Of a stretch of 64,000 bases of DNA, positions 49,940 through 60,646 are shown one piece after another. This DNA is from Podospora anserina (lineage: Eukaryota). Made by a program: the position numbers and the translations under genes. Location: contig CM030336.1 of NCBI GenBank assembly GCA_017654855.1, positions 4,774,001-4,838,000 of the forward strand, in the 5' to 3' direction. The first letter of the stretch is position 1. The number at the start of each line of letters is the position of its first letter. The notes under the pieces are model-generated. The model had not been told where the DNA came from. It worked only from the letters and a program-made list of their open reading frames with translations, and made no database searches.

Positions 49940-50576
49940 CCATTTGTTTCCCTCCTGCTTCTCCTTCAATTAATCATACAATTTCCGGAATGCATACTCA
50001 TCATGTTTCTTCTGCGAATGACAAAAACCTCCTCATACCATCCCGGCGTTCCGCACGACTGTAATCTCTGCCCATACGGCGCGCAGCCCCAAAAGTCGAT
50101 CAAGACTGGCATGCCATCTCTCATCATGATATTCTGAGGATTCAAGTCGTTGTGGGCCAGTCCGATCGAGTGCAGGTAATAGATGGCCGACTGAACACCA
50201 GATAGAAACTTGTCATGGTTAAGTGGCTCAAACCCATCGGGAGCGTTGAAGTCATTGAGGTGGTCAGGCGCGATTTTGAGCTTGACGTCGCGTGGGACTT
50301 GGGGGAAAACCACTTCGTCTCCGATTCGCTGCAGGAGCTGGGTGAACTCATCAAATGTGGGTCTCTCTTGTTTCTCGTGGTCTTGCCGTAATGTACACTT
50401 TCATCAGCGGTGACATGGTAGAACATGCAGGATTTTGCTATGCCAGTGACTGGATCACAACCGGACTCGATGATGGTGAGGTCGCGGTAGGATGTGATGG
50501 TGGGAATGGGATGCCCCTCATCCGCTGTTGCGGTGCCATTGTTGGACTCCACGACTGTCTTGTCAATGGAAGACAT
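49940..50576 (-). pseudogene. Small atypical protein-kinase-like gene, frameshifted and internally deleted
   Basis: SAIYYLHSIGLAHNDLNPQNIMM..PVLIDF..CGTPGW catalytic loop. The N-lobe appears to be missing, and the frame breaks near 50355 and 50020. Confidence 0.7.
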
Positions 50577-50946
50577 GGTGGATTGATCTTCTTGAATGGA
50601 ACGTTCAGTTTTGTGATGTGCGAGATGGAGTCCAGAGACAAACGGACAGTGCTGTTGATGACGAGAGACGAGGTTGGTGCACAAAACATGCAGTCGCACA
50701 GCCAAATAATTATTGGGTGGCTAAAATCCCACTGTAACCTATGCCAACAGCGCATAGGAGCTTTTTCGTGTCCAAGTCAAGAGCGATGTCACAGAATGTG
50801 GTCGACGTTGAGGACAGTCGACTGTATCTCCGAAGAGAATGCTACAATGAAGTATTGGCAAGCAATTCGACATCAACCCTCTCGTTTCCACCCCCTAGCT
50901 GAAATCTACACCGCATTCATCAAAGCTCCATCATCTTATCCAAATA

Positions 50947-51399
50947 CTAGCGCGTCTGTGAAAACCAGTTGTGAAGGCCCCTTTTAGCAGGGGCCTCAGC
51001 CTCAGGTTCCAACGAGCGCTGAAGATTCGCCCTGTTTATCCCCACAACCTCCACATTGGCCGAGTGAATCAAGTCCTTAAGCAGCTCATCAAACTTTCTG
51101 TCTGACCTCTTATTGAAGCTCGTTACCTCCTTCTTCGACACAATAAGCACTCTCTAACAGCTCCCATAAGTCTAATAGCCTGGTTTAAAGCCCTGGTCAT
51201 GCACAAATCCAATCAGTTTATCCAATTGTACTCTATCAAAGTCCAATTCCTTGACGGTTTCGGCAACGTTTAGTCGGCGTGCGAAGGCATCCCAGAACTC
51301 GGCAAGCTGCATGGAATGGCGGCTCGGATGGGGCGGAGGAATTCGAGAAATGCCGAGTTGAAGAGGCCCTCGTCGCGGATGAAGTAGTTGTACTCGTTA
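50947..51399 (-). pseudogene. 3' part of an unidentified gene cut by the transposon block
   Basis: Protein-like frame MQLAEFWDAFARRLNVAETVKELDF..GY*TYGSC*RVLIVSKK..HNWFSQTR* with two in-frame TAG (51172-51174, 51154-51156) of RIP type; abuts the AT-rich block. Confidence 0.55.
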
Positions 51400-52603
51400 A
51401 GTAAGTAAGTTAAGTTAAGTAAAGCCTATTTTTGGTTAAGCCAAATTAAGCCTTCCTATTAGTTTAACTTGTAAATTCGGTAAGCTCTACTATTTTTAAC
51501 CTTTTATAAAAAGGCGTAATACCGTAGGTATAATAGTAAAGGTATTACTATTAACCCTACTGTTAAATGTACTAGCATTAATTATCCAGCTTTACCTAAA
51601 ATAAGAATTTTAATTTTTAATAAGTTAAATTATAGAAATTGTTTTTAGAGTAATGGAATTGTTAAAGGAATTTAAAAATAAAAGTTTAAAATTTCATTTT
51701 AATTATCAACAAATTATTTTAACGTACATTATAAGCGAGTGAGCCATATAAGCGAGTGAGCTACTTTTTCGACGCGGCGCGACCCTCCACCTACAATATA
51801 CCACTCGACAACAACCAACTATGCCTGCCACCTAATACGAAGCTAGGGTAAACTTAGCCCTTAAAGCTCTTCAAAATGACGAAAATCTAAGTGTACGGGC
51901 CGCTGCTAAGATCTTCAATATTGATCGTACAACTCTTTCGCGGCGGCGCGCTGGCAAGCTGCACGGCGCGACACTACGCCTAATTCGAAGAAGCTTACTC
52001 AATTAGAAGAGGATACTATTATTTAATAGATTATTAAGCTATATACGCGAGCTTTTTTTACTAAGATTGCGTAGTGTAAAAAATACAGTTAACCAACTAC
52101 TATACGTACGCGACGCGCCTCCTATTAGTAAGCTCTAAGCATATAACTTTGTTAAATGCTAACTATAGCTCTATACGCGTTTTACGCGTAAATATAACTA
52201 TTAAAGAGCTAAGTGCGAGGATCTAAAGGTTATAGCCGAGTAGTTTACGCTCGTACGGCACACTAAAGCTAAATAGAGTATTATACATAACGATATCTAT
52301 GACTTCCACGAAATTAACTTTATAATAAATATTTATTTTCATAGGTATAATAATTACGACTTCGGACGGCCTTAGTAAAGTAAAACTAGCTTAGTTTAAT
52401 AATTACGAATAAATAACGGTAATTTAAAAAGTTAATACTTTCGGTTAACCTATCTTTCTTTTTATTATTTTAGCCGTATAATATTACTTTATTAATCAGT
52501 ATGCCGAATATAACTTACCGTTTATGTAGCGTATTATAATTACCGATAATAATTTATCTATTAAAATAATAGGCTTAAATGAGTTAAATATTTCGATTAT
52601 TAT

Positions 52604-53341
52604 TAGTTTGGAGTACGGCCACAGGCCTAAGAGTATAAGTAAGCAAGCGGGGCTCTCAGAGGCCTCAGGGGTTCAGTGGGGCTATGTATATAAGCGGTCT
52701 GCTTCGGACATTCTATTTTAGACAAGACATCGACTTTTATTTTCTTCGTATTTCGTGCCTTGCACGCGTGCAGGCAATCTGTCACGGACCTGACATAAGT
52801 GGGGAGCGCGGGGCGCGACCGTCCAACCACTGGAACGGAAAAGTGGGGAAGTCGGATTATCACTAGTGCCAAGGGTGATAATCACGATTATCACCAGCCT
52901 TCGATGAACGACGAGTGATAATCGACATTATCACTGGTGATAATGGTGATAAACCGGTCTATATATACGGAGGAACTGGCTGGTGTAGATAGACAGTTCC
53001 GCAGTATGCAATTCAGCTTGTATTCACAGTATCTAGTGTTTACATTGAGACATCTTGTTGTGCACTGTTTAGCTGCACCGAACCAGGATTATTCAGAAGT
53101 TACCTTCAACCAGTATCCCTTTCAGAGGTTCTGGATAGGGGTTCGTCACACAATCCTGGCCCTCTGATCAGGCCAATCCGGTGCTTATTATGTGGCCTGC
53201 GAGCCCATAGTGTCTTTTCTTTGTCCTACGTGAAGTGCGGCCTGCGAGCGAGCCACTGTCACGCAGGTGTATTCATTTTGAGACCTGTTGAGGGTACATT
53301 TGTGGTGTTGTGGTTGTTTTGTGTGTTTTCTCGCCATTTCA
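52604..53341. mobile_element. Probable solo LTR (about 360 bp net) inserted in the Fot1-like transposase
   Basis: The transposase frame is split exactly here. Ends are TA (probably RIPed TG)..CCATTTCA with duplicated TTAT; TATA-like TATATAAG inside; more GC-balanced than the host element. Confidence 0.6.
52780..53150 (+). mobile_element. Intact solo LTR, 371 bp, with perfect 5-bp TSD
   Basis: TGTCACGGACC..GGTTCGTCACA imperfect inverted ends, TSD CAATC at 52775-52779 and 53151-53155, internal TATA box; CpA/TpG retained. Confidence 0.92.
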
Positions 53342-54010
53342 TTATATATCGTTCCGTATAAAAGGTAAATACCGGTTATTAATCCTCCACGGTTACGAGA
53401 GCTATCATTCGACCAAATTCGAGTATTATTATTAGTAAAATAATATTATTATACTCTATATACCTTTATATTCCTTCTACTACCTTTAGCTACTTAATAT
53501 CGGCTACTTGGGATTACTAAAGTAAGCGTACGGTCGCTAAATCGAGGACTTAATATATATATATATTAACTATATTAGTAAGCTCGAATTTCTTTATACC
53601 TTCCGAAAAGCTTTTTTTACTTTTTTACTTTTATAACAAAGAAAAATATATGGGATAGCTTTATAGATACTAACTTTACGCCGTACGATTTTAATAAAGT
53701 ATTTTTTAAACTAAATGTAAAGCTTTATACGCTAATACCCCCGCCCTTACGGCCTAATACTTTATGACCTTAGGTATTTTAAATACTATAAAACCCCTAA
53801 AAAACTATTTTATAGTTAGTATTTATTAAAATCTATTTTACTAATTATTAAAATAATTTCCTGACTTTAATATTAATTATAGTAGACTAGCTTACTAAAA
53901 ATATAACGGCTATAATATAGTCAATAACTATTTCCTAACTTCCTTAATAATTGGCTAAGGGCGTCCTGCGCCCCGTATACGGCGCGGCTTAATGTTGGGT
54001 TAACTGTAAC

Positions 54011-54174
54011 ATAGTTTCGTAATATATAATTTAAATTATAATAATTAGTATTTAAACTATTATAATTAAGATAAGCTATTTATTATATACTATCTAGCTA
54101 TACCGAACTAGGATTATTTAGAATTGCTTTTAATTGGTATCCCTTTTAGAGGTTTTGGATACAGGTTTATTACA
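54011..54174 (+). mobile_element. RIPed 3' half of an LTR of the same family as 52780-53150
   Basis: Aligns by eye to about 52992-53150 with mostly C>T/G>A changes (AACTAGGATTATT vs AACCAGGATTATT; TATCCCTTTTAGAGGTTTTGGATA vs TATCCCTTTCAGAGGTTCTGGATA); ends in TTACA. Confidence 0.85.
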
Positions 54175-55558
54175 TCACTTTAGTTTTCAAAAACTTTAAT
54201 TATTATTAAAAGTCGTTTATAAAATTAAACATTACTTAAAGATTTCTACAGAACCTATTAAAAGTCGGATTTCTCTAAATTCTATAATATAACTTTAAAT
54301 TTATTACTAATTATTTAAATATTAATTAACTATGAAAGGTTATTTAACGTAGTTAAATTAATAAATAATTGTTAAATTATAAATTAAATAAATAAACTTT
54401 TAATAAAATAAGTGGTGTAAAGTAATATGTAAAGGCCGATATTTATAACTATAGTAAGCAATATTATTGACGCCGTTTCACAAGGTGTAGTGTGGCAAGG
54501 TATGGTGAAAGGTAATGAATATTAGAGGGAATTCCCGGAAGTGTAGAAATTCCTTTAACTACTGCTCTCTGGCTAGTGCGCGCGTGGCCCCACTTGCAGG
54601 AGCAGGCAGGGTGGACTCCACTAAGAAGGCGGTGAGGCATGGTAGAATCTTTATCTAATCTATTAGATAAATCAACGAACCCAAGTTACGGCACTAGTTA
54701 TAATTTAAATATAAATAATTAAGTAAGGATATATTCACTTTTTTAAAAATTGGGCTGAAAAAGTATTTCGGGTCTTATTAAGCACCACTTACAAGTTAAA
54801 TTTGTAAGGGTATTAAGTAAGTAAAAAGTAAGGTTAGTTAAGTTAAGCTAAGGAAGACCCCAGACTTAGCTTGGCTTGACTTATTGCCACCCTGGGATAT
54901 CTATTCAGGAGATCGTCTTTGGAGATGTATCGATGGCGCGCGCGGTCGAGGTCAGTGTTGAACCGTTGAGGGGTTAGTTCTCCTTTTTTTTTTTTCGCTG
55001 AGATTCATGGGCACGCTGTTGAGGCAAGAGTTGGCAGATCCGTGAGGTGTTGGAAAAGTTGGCAGAAGAAGTACATCACATGAATGATTTCACTTCACCA
55101 ACCAAATAGCGTCAACGGCGTTTGCGCTGATGATACCAGGGGCTTGATAGGATGCCCGATATCAACCCCTCCCATTGCCGCGGTTTGTCACACAAACAGG
55201 TCTCTGTCAAGCGTTTATTCAGTAATATCACACTAGTGAACGATTGGGTTATGTACAAGTCAGGCCGTTCCGGGCGCAGTCTGACATGCAATCAAGTCAT
55301 TCTTCAGTGTAACTTAAAACCCAAAGATACAACCAGAGATAAAAAAAGGAGCAAGATATTGTAGGCTGAGTTTGAAGCGTCGTGGTGATCTGGTAAGAGC
55401 CTCGCCTCATTGATGTCTCCATATTTGCTGCCTAAAGAAAACAAGACAGACCCAATGAGGGAAAGTCGCGGCTAGACAGGGCTATCGTTTTGCTTGGGCC
55501 TGTTTTCCAGTCAGCATCCAATCTAAAGACCCATAGCAATATGCTCTTGTTGAAGAAC

Positions 55559-56815
55559 TTACTTGGTTGCCTTTTCATTGGTTCGATCGACCTTGTACTC
55601 GAGTCTCTGCATGACTCCTGACTCGGGCTCGCTCCCTCTATCGTCATTTCCCACAGGAGAGGATATCTGCGTAGTGGTGGTGGCTGCTCCAGTCCATCCC
55701 TGCTTGGGCACCAGATTAGGGACCGAAGTGTGGCCAGTCTCCACCTCCAGCTCAGGCCTCACTCGAGATGCCGTGTGGACTGTGTTCGAGGTAGTCCCAG
55801 TAGCTCCACTGGTAGTTTGAGTGAAGTCGGTGTCTTTTGTGAAGAAGATTGGGTCAGGTCGGGTCGGTGGTCTTCCGCCCCTCGCCATGCGTCTTCGGAC
55901 ACGCTCAATCATGCTTGCCGTCGGAGCTGGCTTTTCTGCTTGCCGGGGCTTGGAGCGAACGAAAAGTTGAGGGAAGGAGGAAAGACAGGCGATCAACAAA
56001 TTGATATAGGCTTCCACCGACCACCAGAAGATGAAGGCTACAGGGTCGATAGCGCCCTGATTGAAGCGAGTCGTGTAAAGGATGGAGACGCGTACAATGC
56101 CCACAATGACGGTGATGATGGTGAGAGAAAACAAGCCAATCAACGCTGCCTTCTTCTTCCGCCGGATTTTGAGATTCCAGACCATGGTGACAGGAATGGC
56201 CAGAATCATGAAATCAGTTATGATGCTGAAGGCTGTGAGAATGGTCGAGATGATGAGGGATTCAGTGACGAACCAACCGCTGTTGCAGTGGTCATTTTGA
56301 TATATAAAGTCGTTCATGTAACACTTGTACTGAATAATCGTCATGGAGAGGATGAAGACGATTGCGCAAGCGACTACGCAGCTCCACCAGTATATTCGCT
56401 GTCGCCTCGTTTCAGAATTACCGTAGAGTCGCTTGAAGAAGAGCAGGAGGGCGAGCTTGACAATGAAGATGCAGATGAAGACGAGCAGCTGCATGGCCAG
56501 CATGCAATCCATCCACTGTCTGATATCCTTGAGCGGAGGCGGGAGTGGCTGCTTCCCAGATCCCCACCAAACGATGGCATACATATTCCACCACTGTGTT
56601 GCCCACACCACCGAGTTTACAAAGATTATAAGCCAAGCAAAAATAACCAGGATGTCGTCCCAGAAGAGCTTGCGGAACGTCCTCCATCGTGTTGCGAGCC
56701 GGACGCTCAGGGTGATCAAGTTGACTCCCGTCAGAGTCCAGACGACGCCGTGGAAGGCCTGCCAGGGGATGAGAGCCTCCCCGTAGCCACCCTTGGATAC
56801 AGCGGCTTCAGACAT
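55559..56815 (-). CDS. PTH11-like / fungal rhodopsin-domain 7TM membrane protein (no CFEM)
   Basis: VRLATRWRTFRKLFWDDILVIFAW, VKLALLLFFKRL, TDFMILAIPVTMVWNLKIRRKKKAALIGLFSL, WWSVEAYINLLIACL; single exon from MSEAAV. Confidence 0.9.
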   Translation of the reverse strand: MSEAAVSKGGYGEALIPWQAFHGVVWTLTGVNLITLSVRLATRWRTFRKLFWDDILVIFAWLIIFVNSVVWATQWWNMYAIVWWGSGKQPLPPPLKDIRQWMDCMLAMQLLVFICIFIVKLALLLFFKRLYGNSETRRQRIYWWSCVVACAIVFILSMTIIQYKCYMNDFIYQNDHCNSGWFVTESLIISTILTAFSIITDFMILAIPVTMVWNLKIRRKKKAALIGLFSLTIITVIVGIVRVSILYTTRFNQGAIDPVAFIFWWSVEAYINLLIACLSSFPQLFVRSKPRQAEKPAPTASMIERVRRRMARGGRPPTRPDPIFFTKDTDFTQTTSGATGTTSNTVHTASRVRPELEVETGHTSVPNLVPKQGWTGAATTTTQISSPVGNDDRGSEPESGVMQRLEYKVDRTNEKATK

Positions 56816-57949
56816 GGTGACAAGACGGCGAGATTGAGACGGTGATACGGAATGGCGTGGTGCAAGATCCTGAACAGGTTGAGGGCATGGTGCCTGTTCT
56901 GTTCGCTCCACAGAAGCATCGTCTTGGCTATAAGCAGGGGATCCGTCACAAAGAAGCGACACTTGAAATGCCACCCCAAGTTCTAGATGCTCACCTTCGG
57001 GGATAGCAAGCTTCCATCGGTGGGGTAGGCTTGATACAAAGAGACTCGTCAGGAGCTCATCAATCTCACTGGTCCGGAATGGCAAGACCGACCAATCCCG
57101 TGCAAGATCATCGCAGCTGACTGGCATTAAAGTGTCAAAGGTCTTTGTCCATGGTGAAGATCGCTCAGCAAGCTTCTGGACGCAAGCAAGACTCAACAAC
57201 GACGTCTGATGATCTCCTCTCGAGGACGAAAGCCAAGCAGCAGCATCATTCTGCAAACCGCCCTACTCTTATCTACAAAGTATACGTGGCTTGAGAACCA
57301 GCCTCGCTAGATTACAGGTAGCTCAATGAAACATATGTTGTGATATTCCAAGAAATATTCAACAACAACAGAACTATAAGAGGCTATTGCAAACCGGAAA
57401 GTTTTCAGATATGATCAAGCTCCATACATAGCTGTAGCGGCAAGGGAGCGGGAACTTTCTCCGACGTGGTGGCAAAGGCACGCTATTCTTTGTTAAAGGC
57501 CGGGCGGGACATTGCCCGATCACGACAACTACCCCGCCTAACCGAAGCTATTGAAGCTGTTCAACAACGGGACTTTATCACCATGCCGAGGGAAGACAAC
57601 AACCTGAACCCGTCCCTGGACGGCTCAGATGCATCGGTTTTTACACCACATAGAAACAACTTCCGGGTCGCCTAGCGTTAACGTGCGCGATGAGGGGCAG
57701 GTTGATCTGCCGTAGCATTGCCAGTGATTGGCGCGCTTGCAAGAGGTGAATGAAGTCCCACGACTGGCGGAGAAATATTCTAGGGCTCGCAAGTTCCCAT
57801 AAAAACCAAAGGGCATAAGACCACGGAGAATTTGAATGGCAATGTCAACTGATATCTTTGAGTGTCTCTCAGGGGCTACCTCGCGGAGTCGTCTGGTCCG
57901 GCCTACGTGAGTGCTAGGTGCGCGGCAGTGCACTAACAATTACCTAGCC

Positions 57950-58036
57950 GCCCGGCTAGCTCAATCGGTAGAGCGTGAGACTCTTATGGAGTACTCCGAA
58001 ATCTCAAGGTTGTGGGTTCGACCCCCACGTCGGGCT
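57950..58036 (+). tRNA. tRNA-Lys(CTT) with 14-nt intron
   Basis: Identical to the copy at 37454-37540 including the intron; T-run terminator at about 58058. Confidence 0.96.
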
Positions 58037-58188
58037 CAATTCCCGTCAATGACGATCTTTTTTTCCACTCTGTATCCTCCGTCCTCTTTTTGGGGTTGAT
58101 CCATCTTGGAGATACTTAAACACCCCCTGAACCATCCATTAAGAACCAAGATGTCTCGTCCACCACCACGTCCCTCCAAACCATCACA

Positions 58189-59820
58189 ATGTTCCTCCAC
58201 ACGCTCACCACCACCCTCTCCGTCCTCCTCCTTCCCCGTCTAGGCCTCTCCCAAACAACCCTCACCAACCCCGTCATCTGGCAAGACCACCCCGACCTCG
58301 ACGTCTTCCGCATCGGCCACACATTCTACTACTCCTCCTCCACCTTTGCGTACTCCCCCGGCGCCCCCCTGCTCCGCTCCTTTGACCTCGCCAACTGGGA
58401 AGCAGTCACCCACTCAGTCCCCTACCTCAACTTTTCCCCCGCCAACGCCTACAATTTGACCTCGGGCTCAAGAGCCTACGTAAAAGGCATCTGGGCCAGC
58501 ACCCTCCGCTATCGCCCCTCAACCGACACCTTCTACTGGCTCGGCTGCATCGACGGATCCAAAACCCACATCTGGACCAGCCCGGGCGGCAACGCGCGCC
58601 AAAACGGGGGGGAGGTCCCCCCCCAAGCGTGGAACTGGTCCCCCCGGCCGGTGATTAGCAACTGCTACTACGACGCGGGGTTGTTTTTTGACGACAAAGA
58701 CGACTCACAAGCTTACGTCGTTTATGGAAACACCCAGATTAGGATGGCGCAGTTGGTGGTGGACCAGAATGGGGATTTGAAAGAGGTGAGGAATCAGGTT
58801 GTTTATACTAGTGGTGATATGACGCTGGAAGGGGCGAGGTTGTATAAGCGGAACGGGGAGTACTATGTTTGGGTTACCAGACCGGCGGATGCGCAGTTTG
58901 TACTTAGGGGGAAGAGTCCGTGGGGGCCGTTCGAGAGACGGGTGTTGGTTGATAGGATTGGGGGGCCTTTGTCGAGTGCGGGCTTTGCGCATCAGGGGGG
59001 GATTGTGGATACGCAGGATGGGAGGTGGTTTTATTTGGGTTTTTTGGATGCTTATCCCGGAGGGAGGATTCCTGTTGCCGCGCCGTTGACGTGGGGGGGT
59101 GATGGGTGGCCGAGTGTGGTTAGGGATGGGGGGAATGGATGGGGGAGGACGTATCCTTTGCCTGTGAACACGACTAGAAAGGTGAATGTGTTGGGGCCGA
59201 GGGTTGATGAGTTTAAGGGGGGGAAGTTGGGACCAGAGTGGGAATGGAATCATAATCCTGATAATGGGAAGTGGTCGTTGAGTGATGGCCTGGTTTTGAA
59301 GACGGCGACGGTGACGGGGGATTTGTTTGCCGCGAGGAACACGCTTACACATCGGATTGTTGGGCCGAAGTCGAGGGGTACTTTTAGGATTGATGTTGGA
59401 GCTATGAGGGATGGCGATCGAGCTGGCGCTGTGCTCTTCCGGGACAAGGCTGCCTACATTGGCATTCACAAGACCGGAAACACTGCGTCGATCGTCATGG
59501 TTGACAACTTGAACTTGGTTGAGGGTTCATGGACAACAAGTTCTACCGGTCGAGTGGCGGCGACTGGGCCGTCTGTCACCGGAGAGATCTGGCTCCGAAT
59601 TCAAGCCGATATCACGCCCGCCTTCGGGACGAACACTGGACGGCAAGTCATCTTCTCTTACAGCACCGATGGCAGGACTTTCACGAATCTTGGACCCGCC
59701 TTCGCCATGAGCAACTCTTGGCGATACTTTACTGGGTATAGATATGGCGTTTTCAACTTTGCGACCAAGGCACTGGGAGGCGAGGTGAAGGTCAAGAGTT
59801 TTGCGATGGAGATGGTGTAA
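58189..59820 (+). CDS. Secreted GH43 beta-xylosidase/arabinofuranosidase with C-terminal beta-sandwich
   Basis: Signal peptide; NPVIWQDHPDLDVFR, SFDLANW, GIWASTLRY, CYYDAGL, LEGARLYK, HQGGIVDT, WEWNHNP; single exon. Confidence 0.93.
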   Translation: MFLHTLTTTLSVLLLPRLGLSQTTLTNPVIWQDHPDLDVFRIGHTFYYSSSTFAYSPGAPLLRSFDLANWEAVTHSVPYLNFSPANAYNLTSGSRAYVKGIWASTLRYRPSTDTFYWLGCIDGSKTHIWTSPGGNARQNGGEVPPQAWNWSPRPVISNCYYDAGLFFDDKDDSQAYVVYGNTQIRMAQLVVDQNGDLKEVRNQVVYTSGDMTLEGARLYKRNGEYYVWVTRPADAQFVLRGKSPWGPFERRVLVDRIGGPLSSAGFAHQGGIVDTQDGRWFYLGFLDAYPGGRIPVAAPLTWGGDGWPSVVRDGGNGWGRTYPLPVNTTRKVNVLGPRVDEFKGGKLGPEWEWNHNPDNGKWSLSDGLVLKTATVTGDLFAARNTLTHRIVGPKSRGTFRIDVGAMRDGDRAGAVLFRDKAAYIGIHKTGNTASIVMVDNLNLVEGSWTTSSTGRVAATGPSVTGEIWLRIQADITPAFGTNTGRQVIFSYSTDGRTFTNLGPAFAMSNSWRYFTGYRYGVFNFATKALGGEVKVKSFAMEMV

Positions 59821-60646
59821 CTCTATGTCCAGCAGTGATGGAACACCATGGTGTTATTGTTTAAGAGAAGTGCAAGGCTTGGCATAGTTACAATCGAATC
59901 AAAGAACTCTCAGGGTGGCTCCACCGAGCGATGACAAAGAATATTCCAGAACCGTGCTAGTGGGGCCACCTTTTTTCTTCTGGAAGATAGCAAAACCGAT
60001 CTTACAAAGCAAGACTGGAGTCGAAGATTGGGGAAAACTCTTCATTTTCTAGATGTCGATAATGGTGGGTCTGTTTTTTGTCGGCGAAACCTTTTCCCAA
60101 TTGCCCGTGTAGCTCGATGCTGACAAGAACATCAGCGATATGGCATTGAGTTAAAATTTGTACCTAAGCAAAAGCAATTAAAAAGCATTGTCAGGGATGG
60201 GCGTTAGTCATGAGGTGTGATGTGAGCATTGGCGACATCAAAAAAACATGGGCAGACCACTCTCTGCTGACTGTTTGCCATTATGCATGCACTCTAACAA
60301 CCCAGACACTAACTTTAGAGCTTATTCATCATGCTAATGACCAACAACACTCTAGGGCTCGACCGGGGATTCTCCCAAGAAAAAATGTCTCCACATGGCA
60401 TCGTGGTATCGTAGCTATGACGTTGAATATCTGCGGGACCCGGACGACAACCGACCAAATTGTGACCCCAGAGGAGGTAGGAGCTTGTTTTGCTTGAACA
60501 GATATAAAAGCCCTCTGGCTTGTCTCGACCTAGAACCTGTTCATCCTTTTTACTCTCTCATTCTCAATTCATACCCCACAACCCCCTTTCACCCCCTATC
60601 ACCTCTCCAATCTCAGCTTTCATACGGTTTATCACCAGTCATCACA

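Larger units (their letters stand above)
51722..53935 (+). mobile_element. Fot1/Pogo-like (Tc1-mariner superfamily) DNA transposon, RIPed, interrupted and 3'-truncated
   Basis: TA|ACGT terminus with internal direct repeat ATAAGCGAGTGAGC x2; ATG at 51821 with ARVNLALKALQNDENLSVRAAAKIFNIDRTTLSRRRAG (HTH); DDE remnants RLLIL[D]G[H]ES[H] and [Q]xL[D]IG[C] at about 53370-53520; many TAA/TAG stops. Confidence 0.9.
51400..54881. mobile_element. RIP-degraded nested transposon block; putative outer element with (C/T)AAG-repeat termini
   Basis: Abrupt AT/TpA enrichment. Left end AGTAAGTAAGTTAAG..TTAAGCCAAATTAAGCC, right end ..CTTAGCTTGGCTTGACT; both flanked by TA (51398-51399, 54882-54883). Confidence 0.75.

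Noticed and set aside
51397-51420. Starship boundary (TTAC-like repeats on the minus strand) or Spok meiotic-drive block
   Set aside because: No tyrosine-recombinase captain or Spok-like ORF is recognisable; the repeats pair better with the right end of the local TE block.
56816-57256. 147-aa N-terminal extension of the PTH11-like ORF (possible extra domain)
   Set aside because: It starts at a non-ATG codon, has no signal peptide or CFEM cysteine pattern, and is probably an open 5' UTR.
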